Shown in pieces: positions 1 to 9,723 of a stretch of DNA of 18,480 nt. The stretch is from a virus (lineage: Duplodnaviria > Heunggongvirae > Uroviricota > Caudoviricetes). Position 1 is the first letter of the stretch. Every line of letters starts with the position of its first letter. The notes under the pieces are model-generated. The model was not told the DNA's origin. It searched no databases and was given only the letters and a program-made list of their open reading frames with translations. The DNA is taken from IMG/VR virus record IMGVR_UViG_2734482533_000002; one strand, given 5' to 3'. The position numbers and the translations under genes are program-made.

Positions 1-1774
1 CATGCTGCACGGCAGTGATGGCATACGTGCCGTCATCGTTCTCACGGATACTCACACAGCGGAACAGGCGCTGGCGCAACGTCGGCAGCTTCAGCCCCCA
101 CACGCTGTATTCAGCAACGCCGTCAGGAACACGGCTCACTTTCACCTTCACGCCGTCGGTGACGGACTGAACCTCCACGCTGACCGGATTGCCACTTCCG
201 TCAACCAGGCTTATCAGCATGGTACCGGAGGATGGCAGCGTGATTTCACGGTCGAGCGTCAGCGTCCGGGTCTGGCTGTTTACCGCCAGCACGCGCCCGC
301 CGATGCTGATACCCGCATAGTCATCATCACAGATTTCAATGACATCGCCCGGCACATGGCGAAGCCCTTCTGCGCCCACGCTGAAGTCCACGGTCTGCGT
401 TTCCAGCAGTTCTGTTTTAATCAGCCACAGCCCGGCGCGGTGTGCCTGCCCCCGGCTGGTACAGCCAAAAGCATCCATCTTCGTGACGTTACGACCGTAA
501 CGGGCAATGGCCTGCGTATCCTCCACAAGCTCTGTCGCCGTCTCCCAGCCGTTATCCGGGTCAATCCAGTTCACCTCAACGGCATTATGGCGGTCTTTCA
601 GGGCGCTGAAGCTGTAGCGGAACGGCGCGCCATCATCCGGCATCACCACATTACTGCGGTTATAGGTCCACACCTTATCCGACGGTCGGTCCTGCACGAA
701 CGTCAGCGTCTGCCCGTTCCATACCGGCATACAGCGCATCGCCGAGCAGAAATCACTGAGCACATCCCACGCCTTGCGCTGTGTGGTCAGGTACGCATTA
801 CAGGTGATGCGCGGCTCCGTGCCGCCAAAGCCGTCCGGCACTGACTGGTCGCAGTACTGGCCGATGACATACAGCGCCCATTTGTCCACATCCGCCGCAC
901 CAAGACGTTTCCCCATGCCGTAGCGCGGGTGGGTCAGCATATCCCACAGACACCAGGCCATGTTGTTGCTGTATGCTGGTTTTAACGTTCCGTCCCAGAT
1001 ACCGCTGTATTGTCGCGTCTGCGGGTTATAGTTCGACGGCACCTGCAGAATGCGCCCGCGAAGATGATAATTACGACTCACCTGCTGGCTGCCGAACTGC
1101 TCCGAGTCCACCTGTACGCCGACCAGTGCAGTGTTCGGGTAGCACTGTTTCACATCGATGATTTCGGTGTATGACGACCAGAGCGTTTTGTTCTGCAGCT
1201 GGTCTGTGGTGCTGTCCGGTGTCATCCTGCGCATCCGGATACTGAACGGGCGCGGAGGCAGGTTATCCACCACCACCGAGACCAGATACTGCGAGGTGGT
1301 TTTGCCCTTAATGGTGATGTCTTTTTCCGTCACCCAGCCACCGTTACGCTGTATCTGAACCAGCAGGCGGACTTCCGACGGATTCCTGTCTCCCTTTGAG
1401 GTGGTTTCCACCAGTGCCTGTACACCGAAGGTAAAGCGCAGACGGTCGATGTTTGCCGACGTGATGGTCCGGGTGATCGGCGTGTCATATTTCACTTCCG
1501 TACCCAGCACCGTCTCGGAGCCGGAGGATTCAAACCCCTCCGGCGGTGACTGCTCCTGCTCACCTGCCCGGAACACCACCGTGACGCCGGAGATGTTGGT
1601 ATTCCCCTCACTGTCCAGCACCGGCGTACTGTTCAGCAGCACGCTTTTTAATCCATCCACCGGACCTTCAACCGGCCCTTCGCTGATGGCATCGATCACA
1701 CTCAGCAGCTGCGTGGACTTCAGGTTGTCCTTCGCTTCGCGCGGGGTATGCCCCTTACTGCTGCCTTTACCCAT
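1..1774 (-). CDS. J: Tail tip / central tail fibre protein J, N-terminal ~591 codons; the 3' part of the gene lies beyond the window start
   Basis: Minus-strand frame is open from position 1 to ATG at 1774-1772 with GGAG about 9 nt upstream. Translation begins MGKGSSKGHTPREAKDNLKSTQLLSVIDAISEGPVEGPVDG and at the window edge reads CVSIRENDDGTYAITAVQH, both recognised as lambda gpJ. Absent from the ORF track because there is no stop inside the window. Confidence 0.9.
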   Translation of the reverse strand, partial: MGKGSSKGHTPREAKDNLKSTQLLSVIDAISEGPVEGPVDGLKSVLLNSTPVLDSEGNTNISGVTVVFRAGEQEQSPPEGFESSGSETVLGTEVKYDTPITRTITSANIDRLRFTFGVQALVETTSKGDRNPSEVRLLVQIQRNGGWVTEKDITIKGKTTSQYLVSVVVDNLPPRPFSIRMRRMTPDSTTDQLQNKTLWSSYTEIIDVKQCYPNTALVGVQVDSEQFGSQQVSRNYHLRGRILQVPSNYNPQTRQYSGIWDGTLKPAYSNNMAWCLWDMLTHPRYGMGKRLGAADVDKWALYVIGQYCDQSVPDGFGGTEPRITCNAYLTTQRKAWDVLSDFCSAMRCMPVWNGQTLTFVQDRPSDKVWTYNRSNVVMPDDGAPFRYSFSALKDRHNAVEVNWIDPDNGWETATELVEDTQAIARYGRNVTKMDAFGCTSRGQAHRAGLWLIKTELLETQTVDFSVGAEGLRHVPGDVIEICDDDYAGISIGGRVLAVNSQTRTLTLDREITLPSSGTMLISLVDGSGNPVSVEVQSVTDGVKVKVSRVPDGVAEYSVWGLKLPTLRQRLFRCVSIRENDDGTYAITAVQH

Positions 1775-1834
1775 TCGTCATGCTCCATAAACGATAAAAC
1801 CGCCCGGAGGCGATTTCACATAAAACATTTTGCA

Positions 1835-2506
1835 TCAGCGACCAATCACCACAACCTGACCACCGTCCCCTTCGTCTGCCGTGCTGATCTCCTGAGATAC
1901 CACACGTGACCCCACGCGCATTTCACCATACAGAACAGGCATAACATTGCCCTGGGCAACCATGTTATCCAGTGAGGAGAAATAGGTGTTCTGCTTACCG
2001 TTATCCGTTGTCTGTGTGCGGGGAGTTCTGGCTTTCGGTGCCAGCATCTGAGCCACACCGCCGAGCACCATACTGGCACCGAGAGAAAACAGAATGCCGG
2101 TCATACCACCGGCACCAATGGCAGCCCCCCATGCTGCAAGGGTGGCTCCGGCGGTAAAGAATGATCCGGCAATGGCGGCTGCTCCCAGGACAATCTGGAA
2201 TACACCACCTGACTTGGCCCCGGCGACTCTGGGAACAATATGAATCACAGCGCCGTCAGGCAGAGCCTCATGTAACTGTGCCGTTAATCCGGACGTGCTA
2301 ACATCCTGCCCGGCAATACGCACCTGATACCAGCCGTCGCTCAGCTTCTGACGAAACGCAGGGAGCTGTGTGGCCATCGCCCGGATGGCTTCGGCACCCG
2401 TTTTCACACGAAGGTCGATGCGGCGGCCAAATCGTTGCAAATCCCCGTAAAGGCAGATGCGTGCCATGCCCGGTGACGCCAGAGGGAGTGTGTGCGTCGC
2501 TGCCAT
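1835..2506 (-). CDS. I: Tail tip assembly protein I (223 aa)
   Basis: ORF track 1835..2506; sequence MAATHTLPLASPGMARICLYGDLQRFGRRIDLRV... with Gly/Ala-rich hydrophobic centre recognised as lambda gpI; same length as lambda I; 60-bp spacer to J start. Confidence 0.9.
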   Translation of the reverse strand: MAATHTLPLASPGMARICLYGDLQRFGRRIDLRVKTGAEAIRAMATQLPAFRQKLSDGWYQVRIAGQDVSTSGLTAQLHEALPDGAVIHIVPRVAGAKSGGVFQIVLGAAAIAGSFFTAGATLAAWGAAIGAGGMTGILFSLGASMVLGGVAQMLAPKARTPRTQTTDNGKQNTYFSSLDNMVAQGNVMPVLYGEMRVGSRVVSQEISTADEGDGGQVVVIGR

Positions 2507-3003
2507 TTGTCGGTATACCTCTCTCGTTTGCTCAGTTGTTCAGGAATATGGTGCAGCAGCTCGCCGTCACCACAGTAAATGGCGGCATGATTCGGCACCG
2601 ATGAACCAAAACAGCACAGCAGCACATCGCCCGGCTGCGCCGCTGACAACGGCACCTGATACAGCCCTGTGGCCTCCAGATTATCCAGATAGAGATTCTG
2701 ACCGTGACGCCACCAGTCATCCTCACGATGAAAATCCGGCATCTCAATCCCCGCCAGATGGTAAGCATCCCGGAACAGCGTGTAACAGTCCGTCACCCCG
2801 TGCTCAAAGCGCCGCCCGGTAAGATGTGGCACACAGCGGAACTTGTGAATCGCCCCCCGGCAGACCAGCCACCACGGCAAATCACTCTGCACCTGCAGCC
2901 GCCGGTCGGCCTCACTCAGCCAGGGCAGACCACCGGGGTGGCTGTGGACCAGTGCCACAATCTCACCCTGCATCTCTGCCTGCAGCCAGTCTTCCGGCGA
3001 CAT
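2404..3003 (-). CDS. K: Tail tip assembly protein K (199 aa by lambda convention; frame stays open upstream to the N gap)
   Basis: Portion of ORF 2404..3456 after the N run. From ATG at 3003-3001 reads MSPEDWLQAEMQGEIVALVHSHPGG..., recognised as lambda gpK. GGAGG lies ~11 nt upstream (long spacing). The same frame is open a further 28 codons up to the gap edge at 3087, so the true start could lie upstream. Confidence 0.8.
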   Translation of the reverse strand: MSPEDWLQAEMQGEIVALVHSHPGGLPWLSEADRRLQVQSDLPWWLVCRGAIHKFRCVPHLTGRRFEHGVTDCYTLFRDAYHLAGIEMPDFHREDDWWRHGQNLYLDNLEATGLYQVPLSAAQPGDVLLCCFGSSVPNHAAIYCGDGELLHHIPEQLSKRERYTDKWQRRTHSLWRHRAWHASAFTGICNDLAAASTFV

Positions 3004-3087
3004 ACGGAAATACGCCTCCGGCTCACCGGAGATATTCACGCAGGGGAAATATCTTTCCCCCTCCGGCGTTCTTACCACGAAGCCGCA

Positions 3088-3373
3088 NNNNNNNNNNNNN
3101 NNNNNNNNNNNNNNNNNNNNNNNNNNNNNNNNNNNNNNNNNNNNNNNNNNNNNNNNNNNNNNNNNNNNNNNNNNNNNNNNNNNNNNNNNNNNNNNNNNNN
3201 NNNNNNNNNNNNNNNNNNNNNNNNNNNNNNNNNNNNNNNNNNNNNNNNNNNNNNNNNNNNNNNNNNNNNNNNNNNNNNNNNNNNNNNNNNNNNNNNNNNN
3301 NNNNNNNNNNNNNNNNNNNNNNNNNNNNNNNNNNNNNNNNNNNNNNNNNNNNNNNNNNNNNNNNNNNNNNNNN
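3088..3373. other. Run of 286 N (assembly gap or masked sequence)
   Basis: Directly visible: unbroken n from 3088 to 3373. Falls inside the L-K region of the tail gene cluster. Confidence 1.
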
Positions 3374-3895
3374 GGTGCAGGTGTTGGCCAGCATGATACG
3401 TCCCGGAAAAACAGCGCCATCTGTTTCCGTCGGCGTGGACAGTACAAAAGAGGCACTCACCGCGCTCAGTTCGCTGCACTGCTCAATGCGCCAGCGGCTG
3501 ATCACCTCCTGCTCCGGATCGGCGTCACTGTTTCCGTTGACGAAGTTCACCGCATCCAGAAAACGGGCGTAAACCTTACGCCGGACCACCGTTCCGCCGA
3601 CCAGACTCTGTAGATCTTCCGCCATCCCGGTGACCATACCGTACAGGTTAGAAACCATCAGCGTGGGGCGCGTACTGGTGCCTTTGCCATTCAGTTCAAA
3701 ACCACTCCCCTGAATGGGATACGGCTGATACTGTCGCCCCTGCCAGGTGACCGGCTCACCTTTTTCGTTCTGCTCATTACAGAAAAAATAACGTTCTCCA
3801 CCGACCTCTGTCAGATCGATTTCCCAGAGCACCACGCTGGCCGACTGCTCCGCACGGGTGCATTCATTCAGTGTTTCCTGCCGGATATCCTGCAT
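3374..3895 (-). CDS. L: Tail tip assembly protein L, N-terminal 174 codons visible; 3' end lies in the N gap
   Basis: ORF 3023..3895 starts MQDIRQETLNECTRAEQSASVVLWEIDLTEVGGERYFFCNEQNEKGEPVTWQGRQYQPYPIQGSGFELNGKG... recognised as lambda gpL. The reading after the N run is out-of-frame noise. Start overlaps M stop by 1 nt. Confidence 0.85.
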
Positions 3896-4224
3896 CAGTT
3901 CACCACCTGTTCAAACTCTGCGCTGAACTCAACACGCAGCATACTGACCCGCGACGACCATTTTGCGCAGGTCACCTTTATCTGCCGCCACTCATAAGGC
4001 GGCGTCCACAGAAAGGCTTTCCAGCCCCCGTGCTCTTCCAGAAACGACTCCAGTACCATGGCCTCCTCACGGGGGACAGAAAGCGTCACGCTGTACGTTT
4101 TCAGGTTGGCATTCAGCCCGGCAGGCGCTCGCTGGGAATAGCCATCACCAAAGCGCACCTTTCTTACAGAAGGGGCCGAAGCCACATCCATACCGGGTTT
4201 CACTTTCCAGCGGAAGGTTTTCAT
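3895..4224 (-). CDS. M: Tail assembly protein M (109 aa)
   Basis: ORF track 3895..4224; MKTFRWKVKPGMDVASAPSVRKVRFGDGYSQRAPAGLNANLKTYSVTLSVPREEAMVLESF... recognised as lambda gpM; 4-nt overlap with H. Confidence 0.9.
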   Translation of the reverse strand: MKTFRWKVKPGMDVASAPSVRKVRFGDGYSQRAPAGLNANLKTYSVTLSVPREEAMVLESFLEEHGGWKAFLWTPPYEWRQIKVTCAKWSSRVSMLRVEFSAEFEQVVN

Positions 4225-6782
4225 CGTCCACCTCCGGAGAACAGGCCACCATCACGCATCTGTGTCTGAATTTCATCACGGGCACCCTTGCGGGCCATGT
4301 CATACACGGCCTTCATCATCTGTGGACCTGGCAGACCATTCGTACCGTCGTTCTGAATCACCACGTGATTGTTCTGATTAAAATTAATGCCTTCAGCCCG
4401 CCGCATCTGCGCCGGACTTCCGGCACCGCCCACATAACCACCTTCCGCATAGCCGCGCATCAGCCGGTAGAGATTCCCCACGCCAATCCGGCTGGTTGCC
4501 TCCTTCGTGAAGACAAATTCACCACGGTGAACAATCCCCGCTGGCTCATATTTGCCGCCGGTTCCCGTAAATCCCCCGGTTGCAAAATGGAATTTCACCG
4601 CAGCGGCCTGAATGGCTGTACCACCTGACGCGGATGCGCCGCCACCAACAGCCCCGCCAATGGCGCTGCCGATACTCCCGACAATCCCCACCATTGCCTG
4701 CTTAAGCAGAATTTCTGTCATCATGGACAGCACGGAGCGGGTGAAGCTGCGCCAGTTCTGTTCACTGCCGGTCAGCATCGCCGCCATATTCTGTGCAATA
4801 CCATCAAAGGTCTGCGTGGCTGCACTTTTAACCTGTGACATACTGTCCGTGGCGCTCTCTTCCCACTCACTCCAGCCGGACTTCAGGCCTGCCATCCAGC
4901 TCCCGCGAAGCTGGTCTTCAGCCGCCCAGGTCTTTTTCTGCTCTGACATGACGTTATTCAGCGCCAGAGGATTATCGCCATACTGTTCCTTCAGGCGCTG
5001 TTCCGTGGCTTCCCGCGCTGCCTGCCGGTCAGTCAGCCCCCGGTTTTTCGCATCAATGGCTGCCCGTTTTGCCCGTTGCTGCTGTGCGAATTTATCCGCC
5101 TGCTGCGCCAGCGCATTCAGGTGCTCCTGATACGTAACCTTGTCACCAAGTGCAGCCAGCTGGCGTTTGTACTCCAGCGTCTCGTCTTTATGCGCCAGCA
5201 GGGATTTCTCCTGTGCGGACAGCTGGCGACGTTGTGCCGCCTCCTCCAGTACCGCGAACTGACTTTCTGCCTTCCACAAATCCCGGCGCTGCTGGCTGAT
5301 TTTCTCATTCGCTCCGGCATGCTTCTCCAGCGTCCGGAGTTCTGCCTGAAGCGTCAGCAGGGCCGCATGAGCACTGTCTTCCTGACGATCGCCCGCATAC
5401 ACCTTCACGCCGGACTGTTTCGGCTTTTTCAGCGTCGCTTCATAATCCTTTTTCGCCGCCGCCATCAGCGTGTTGTAATCTGCCTGCAGGATTTTTCCGT
5501 CTTTCAGTGCCTTGTTCAGTTCTTCCTGACGGGCGGTATATTTCTCCAGCGGCGTCTGCAGCCGTTCGTAAGCCTTCTGCGCCTCTTCGGTATATTTCAG
5601 CCGTGACGCTTCGGTATCGCTCTGCTGCTGCGCATTTTTGTCCTGTTGACGCTGTTGATCTACCCTCTTTTGGGCTGCATCCCGCTCCAGGCGTTTTTTT
5701 TCACGATCATCCCAGTAACGCGCCCGTGCTTCATCGTTAACGAAATAATCATCCTTGCGCAGATTCCAGATGTCGTCTGCTTTCTTAAACGCAGCCTCTG
5801 CCTTAATCAGCATCTCCTGCGCGGTATCAGGACGACCAATATCCAGCACCGCATCCCACATGGATTTGAATGCACGTGCAGTCCTGTCTGCCCAGGTCTC
5901 CAGCGTGCCCATGTTCTCTTTCAGGCGGCGGGTCTGGTCATCAAACCCTTTCGTTGCGGCCTCGTTCGCCGCCTGCAATGCCCCGGCTTCATCGCCGGAA
6001 CGCTGCAACTGAGCAACATACGCAATCTGCTCCGCCGTCACGTTATGGAACTGGCGTGCCATCGCCGTCAGCCCCGACGTCGGGTCTGTGGTCAGCTTCC
6101 CGAAGGCTTCAGCGACCTTGTCCACCTCCACGCCGGATGCATAGGAGAAACGCGCCACACTCTGGCTGATGGACGCAATCTGAGCCTCACCGCTTACCCC
6201 CGCCTTAACCAGTGCGCTGAGTGACTCGCTGGTCTGGTTAAACGTCAGCCCTGCCGCCTGCCCGGCTCTGGACAGGACCAGCATACGATCTGCCGTCAGT
6301 CCCGCCTGATTACCGGAAAGGACCAGCGTTTTGTTGAAATCGGACAGGGTTGAGTTGCCCTGATACCAGGCATACGCCAGCGCACCGGTCGCCACCGCCA
6401 GCGAGGTGGCCCCCACCATCGGCAGGGTGATCGCGCCGGCAAGCCCCCTGAACATGGGGATCATCCCGCCGAAGGAGTCCTTAACCTGACCACCCTGTTG
6501 CAGCAGGATCAGCCAGGGATTCTGCCCCCCTGCAAGCTGCGTGGCCACGTCGGTGAACTGTGCAGGCAGCATACGCATGGCGGCTTTATACTGCCCGACG
6601 GAAATCCCCGCTTTCTGTGCAGCCAGCGCCTGTCGGCTCAGCGACTGTTCAACGACTGCCGCTGTTTTTTTCGCATCACTTTCCGTACCGGAAAAATGAC
6701 GCCTGACTCTGGCCATCTGCTCGTCAAATCTGGCCGCATCCAGACTCAAATCAACGACCAGATCGCCTACCGGTTCAGCCAT
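4221..6782 (-). CDS. H: Tail tape measure protein H (853 aa)
   Basis: ORF track 4221..6782; MAEPVGDLVVDLSLDAARFDEQMARVRRHF..., long coiled-coil-like Ala/Gln/Lys/Glu-rich centre and Gly-rich C-terminus; length identical to lambda gpH. Confidence 0.95.
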   Translation of the reverse strand: MAEPVGDLVVDLSLDAARFDEQMARVRRHFSGTESDAKKTAAVVEQSLSRQALAAQKAGISVGQYKAAMRMLPAQFTDVATQLAGGQNPWLILLQQGGQVKDSFGGMIPMFRGLAGAITLPMVGATSLAVATGALAYAWYQGNSTLSDFNKTLVLSGNQAGLTADRMLVLSRAGQAAGLTFNQTSESLSALVKAGVSGEAQIASISQSVARFSYASGVEVDKVAEAFGKLTTDPTSGLTAMARQFHNVTAEQIAYVAQLQRSGDEAGALQAANEAATKGFDDQTRRLKENMGTLETWADRTARAFKSMWDAVLDIGRPDTAQEMLIKAEAAFKKADDIWNLRKDDYFVNDEARARYWDDREKKRLERDAAQKRVDQQRQQDKNAQQQSDTEASRLKYTEEAQKAYERLQTPLEKYTARQEELNKALKDGKILQADYNTLMAAAKKDYEATLKKPKQSGVKVYAGDRQEDSAHAALLTLQAELRTLEKHAGANEKISQQRRDLWKAESQFAVLEEAAQRRQLSAQEKSLLAHKDETLEYKRQLAALGDKVTYQEHLNALAQQADKFAQQQRAKRAAIDAKNRGLTDRQAAREATEQRLKEQYGDNPLALNNVMSEQKKTWAAEDQLRGSWMAGLKSGWSEWEESATDSMSQVKSAATQTFDGIAQNMAAMLTGSEQNWRSFTRSVLSMMTEILLKQAMVGIVGSIGSAIGGAVGGGASASGGTAIQAAAVKFHFATGGFTGTGGKYEPAGIVHRGEFVFTKEATSRIGVGNLYRLMRGYAEGGYVGGAGSPAQMRRAEGINFNQNNHVVIQNDGTNGLPGPQMMKAVYDMARKGARDEIQTQMRDGGLFSGGGR

Positions 6783-7209
6783 ACCGGACTCCTCCTGCGA
6801 TCCCTTCTGATACTGTCATCAGCATTACGTCATCCTCCGTCATGTCCGCCACATCCGGGGAAGCGGGGATAACTTCATTCCCGTCCGGGCCAAAGCGGAC
6901 ACCTCCGGCAAGCCCTGCCGCTTTCTGCATCAGCACATCATCTTCAGGCTCTTCGTCAGCCTCGCGCCGGTTCAGCAGACTGAAATCCAGCGGATGCATC
7001 TCCGGATCGCTGAAAAACAGGCTGAGCACGGTGTACGTCAGCCCGGAAAAGTGCATATCCAGCAGAACATCATGAAAATAATGGGTACTGTAAAAGCGGT
7101 GCCAGTCGGCATACTCCGTGGATGACATCCCGGCAAGCATGGCGCGCCAGTCGGGTCGCCCCATCTCACGCGCCAGTTTCAGGGCAAAACTCAGCTCACC
7201 GTCGAACAC
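6775..7209 (-). CDS. T: Tail assembly chaperone T reading frame, expected to be expressed only as the G-T fusion by -1 frameshift
   Basis: ORF 6775..7209 (VFDGELSFALKLAREMGRPDWRAMLAGMSSTEYADWHRFYS...) recognised as lambda gpT. Its first codon is GTG and it lies in the -1 frame relative to G, overlapping the G 3' end at a GGGAAAG heptamer. Confidence 0.8.
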   Translation of the reverse strand: MFDGELSFALKLAREMGRPDWRAMLAGMSSTEYADWHRFYSTHYFHDVLLDMHFSGLTYTVLSLFFSDPEMHPLDFSLLNRREADEEPEDDVLMQKAAGLAGGVRFGPDGNEVIPASPDVADMTEDDVMLMTVSEGIAGGVRYG

Positions 7210-7613
7210 TTTCCCGCAGAAACAGGCTCTGCAGGCCCGGCGTCCTCTGCCTGTTCAGGAGCATCATTCACCACAAACTCATACATACCGGACAGCCGGT
7301 ACACCACGTTTTCAGCATGAGAAATTGCCTCTGTGGGCCAGGTGGTAAGCACTTCCTGCTCAATCTGTTTAACGGCTTCATTCATGGACGGCATCTGCGT
7401 CTTCTTCGGATGGTTATGCCACAGGGACATCGCAACCACAAAAGCGCCGGTTCTGATGGCGTCTTCCACAGTAAACTTCCGGTTGCTGTCTGACTCCGCC
7501 TGTTCTGCCTGCCGTTTCATCAGGTCGAGATGCTCAATACGCTGCAGGGCTGACAGTTCAGAAAGCGTGACGGTCACACCGTTATGTTCAAATGATTCGG
7601 TTTTCAGGAACAT
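7191..7613 (-). CDS. G: Tail assembly chaperone G (140 aa)
   Basis: ORF track 7191..7613; MFLKTESFEHNGVTVTLSELSALQRIEHLDLMKRQAEQAESDSNRKF... recognised as lambda gpG; ATG at 7613. Confidence 0.9.
   Translation of the reverse strand: MFLKTESFEHNGVTVTLSELSALQRIEHLDLMKRQAEQAESDSNRKFTVEDAIRTGAFVVAMSLWHNHPKKTQMPSMNEAVKQIEQEVLTTWPTEAISHAENVVYRLSGMYEFVVNDAPEQAEDAGPAEPVSAGKCSTVS
7209..7215 (-). other. Slippery heptamer G GGA AAG for programmed -1 ribosomal frameshift G to G-T
   Basis: Plus-strand ctttccc at 7209-7215 is gggaaag on the coding strand, 6 codons before the G stop (…AGKCSTVS*). A -1 shift here continues GKVFDGELSFAL…, the T frame. Confidence 0.7.
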
Positions 7614-7628
7614 CGCTGACTCTCCGGA

Positions 7629-8369
7629 TTAACTGGCGGTGACGTTGATTTCTGCAACCGCAGCAAACTCACCATTACCAGATACGACCGGAATGTTGAC
7701 CTTGCCTGCAGCAACACCTTTCACGGTGATGGTCATACCACTGACCGACACGGTGGCTTTTGTTTTATCCGCAGACACCGCACGGAAGCTCTTGTCGGTT
7801 GCGCCATCCGGCTGGAATGCCACGGTCAGCGTGGTGCTCTGCCCTTTCACTACGGAAGCACTGGCGGGTGTCACCGTCATGCCGGTCGTCGCCGTCACCG
7901 TGCTGCGATCTTCTGCCATCGACGGACGTCCCACATTGGTGACCTTCACCGTGCGGGTAATCACCTCCTTCGCCGTCACCGCCTTACCGATACTGCTGAC
8001 CCAGCCACGGAACACATCGACCGTGCCGTTCGGGAAGCGGATTTTATAGGCACGGGTATCACCTTCATTAAACCACGCCAGCAGCGCCTGCTGCCCCTGC
8101 TCTCCGGGCATCCACGCCAGCGTGAAGCTGGTATCTCCGGCAGATTTCTGCCCCTGCCCGGTCGCAGTCCAGTCTGCATCTTCATCATCGAGATAGCTGT
8201 CGTCATAGGACTCAGCGGTCAGTTCGCCGGGCGTCAGGTCTTTAACTTTTGCCAGACGCGACCAGTCAACGTCTGAAAGCGGGTTCGCATAAGGGTCACC
8301 GCTCCCCTTATAAACCCACAGGGTGGTCCCGGCACCTTTCACCGGCATTGTAGGATTTGGTACAGGCAT
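7629..8369 (-). CDS. V: Major tail tube protein V (246 aa)
   Basis: ORF 7629..8399, start placed at the internal ATG 8369 ([31 protein letters not shown]...) because GAGGA lies 4 nt upstream and the length then equals lambda gpV; the 10 upstream codons overlap the U 3' end. Confidence 0.9.
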   Translation of the reverse strand: MPVPNPTMPVKGAGTTLWVYKGSGDPYANPLSDVDWSRLAKVKDLTPGELTAESYDDSYLDDEDADWTATGQGQKSAGDTSFTLAWMPGEQGQQALLAWFNEGDTRAYKIRFPNGTVDVFRGWVSSIGKAVTAKEVITRTVKVTNVGRPSMAEDRSTVTATTGMTVTPASASVVKGQSTTLTVAFQPDGATDKSFRAVSADKTKATVSVSGMTITVKGVAAGKVNIPVVSGNGEFAAVAEINVTAS

Positions 8370-8376
8370 AGCGTCC

Positions 8377-8772
8377 TCACATTTCATAGATAATGACATA
8401 AGTCAGATCGGCTGAACTCCACAGGCCCGCATCATCGTCGCGCCGGTAGTCATAGCCGCTGGCCACCATACTGGTGATCAAATCTGACAGTGCCGGGATA
8501 TCGCTCATCACAGGATAAATCCGGGACTCCATCCACGAATCCAGCTCTGAATCCGGCACCTGAGCAGGCAGGAAAACTTCAATATGCAGCTCCGCCTGCC
8601 AGGTATCGCTGTCCAGCTCTTCGCCCGTGTATTCAGCGCCGGTGAGATAAACGGCAATTGCCGGAAAATCTTCCTCATCAAAAACAGCGGGGCGACCATC
8701 AAAAAGCGTCGCCCCGGTGTCATGCTTCTCCAGTGCATCCAGTACGGCTGCACGGAGTTCAGTATGTTTCAT
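8377..8772 (-). CDS. U: Tail terminator protein U (131 aa)
   Basis: ORF track 8377..8772; [54 protein letters not shown]... recognised as lambda gpU. Confidence 0.9.
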   Translation of the reverse strand: MKHTELRAAVLDALEKHDTGATLFDGRPAVFDEEDFPAIAVYLTGAEYTGEELDSDTWQAELHIEVFLPAQVPDSELDSWMESRIYPVMSDIPALSDLITSMVASGYDYRRDDDAGLWSSADLTYVIIYEM

Positions 8773-9347
8773 CGCTTTATTACCATTCTCAGTTGATGCT
8801 GCAGCGCATAGCCCAGCTCTTTCGGAAGACGTTCACGCCGTATCCGTTCAATATTCTGTTTAAACGCCGTGGTCAGCGGCACCGCCATCGGGATTTTCAC
8901 CACATCAATGGGGTAACGGTTTTTCCCGGCCACACGCTGCATAACATGCCACCGGCCGTTTTTCAGTTGCTGAATAAACGCGCCGGGAATACGACGGTTA
9001 CCCACCACAAGCACGCTGCCGCCACCTTTCAGGGATGAACGCTGCCCCTTTTTATGACGCCTGCGGCGGGACAGGACAACCCGCGCATTACCCAGCTTGA
9101 TTACGGGCAAATCCCCCCGGTTAACTTTGATTCTGGCCTGCGGATTTTTGACCGTGGCCCTTTTCAGCCTGGCCCTTTCCTTTACCAGTTTCCGGCGTAC
9201 CTTTGTCTCACGGGCAACCTGTGACGCAGACTGCGATATCGCGGATGAAGCAACGCGGTTAATGGCCATTGCGGCGGCACCGGGCACCGCCGTTTTGCTG
9301 ATACGGCTGAGGTTTTCAACGGCCTGCTCAAGACCTTTTATGGCCAT
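8769..9347 (-). CDS. Z: Tail completion protein Z (192 aa)
   Basis: ORF track 8769..9347; MAIKGLEQAVENLSRISKTAVPGAAAMAINRVASSAISQSASQVARETKV... recognised as lambda gpZ; 4-nt overlap with U. Confidence 0.9.
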   Translation of the reverse strand: MAIKGLEQAVENLSRISKTAVPGAAAMAINRVASSAISQSASQVARETKVRRKLVKERARLKRATVKNPQARIKVNRGDLPVIKLGNARVVLSRRRRHKKGQRSSLKGGGSVLVVGNRRIPGAFIQQLKNGRWHVMQRVAGKNRYPIDVVKIPMAVPLTTAFKQNIERIRRERLPKELGYALQHQLRMVIKR

Positions 9348-9358
9348 ACATCCCCCTT

Positions 9359-9712
9359 TCAGCGGCGACGGTTAACGGCAGGCGGTACGCCCCGTCCAAG
9401 CCAGAGATGACAACTTCCGCCATCATCCGGCGAAACCCGATCTACCCAGAAATTTTCCTCACCGATGGTCAGCGTGTCTCCACGCCGCAGCTGCCGCACC
9501 TCATCAGTCCGGACAAACAGGGACGGGCTGGAGCCTTCAACGCGCACGCCCTGTCCGGCATAGCTGATATTTTCAGGGTCATCAAAAACACCACGTATCA
9601 CCGCACCTGACTGCTCACCGGATGTCATGGTGGCTGACGTTCCCATGTACCCGCGTATCGTTTCATCGGCGCGGGCAATGGCAGCATCGAACAGGTTATC
9701 GAAATCAGCCAC
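9359..9712 (-). CDS. FII: Head-tail joining protein FII (117 aa)
   Basis: ORF track 9359..9712; MADFDNLFDAAIARADETIRGYMGTSATMTSGEQSGAVIRGVFDDPENISYAG... recognised as lambda gpFII. Confidence 0.9.
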   Translation of the reverse strand: MADFDNLFDAAIARADETIRGYMGTSATMTSGEQSGAVIRGVFDDPENISYAGQGVRVEGSSPSLFVRTDEVRQLRRGDTLTIGEENFWVDRVSPDDGGSCHLWLGRGVPPAVNRRR

Positions 9713-9723
9713 AGCGCCTCCCG

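Noticed and set aside
2-844. 280-aa plus-strand ORF
   Set aside because: Lies entirely antisense to the well-recognised J coding sequence; GC-rich DNA gives long spurious antisense frames; Arg/His-rich noise-like composition.
4221-6782. Repetitive Ala/Gln/Glu/Lys-rich stretches in H that might be read as DNA repeats
   Set aside because: They are the coiled-coil-like protein-level repetition expected of a tape measure protein, not a tandem DNA repeat or CRISPR-like array.
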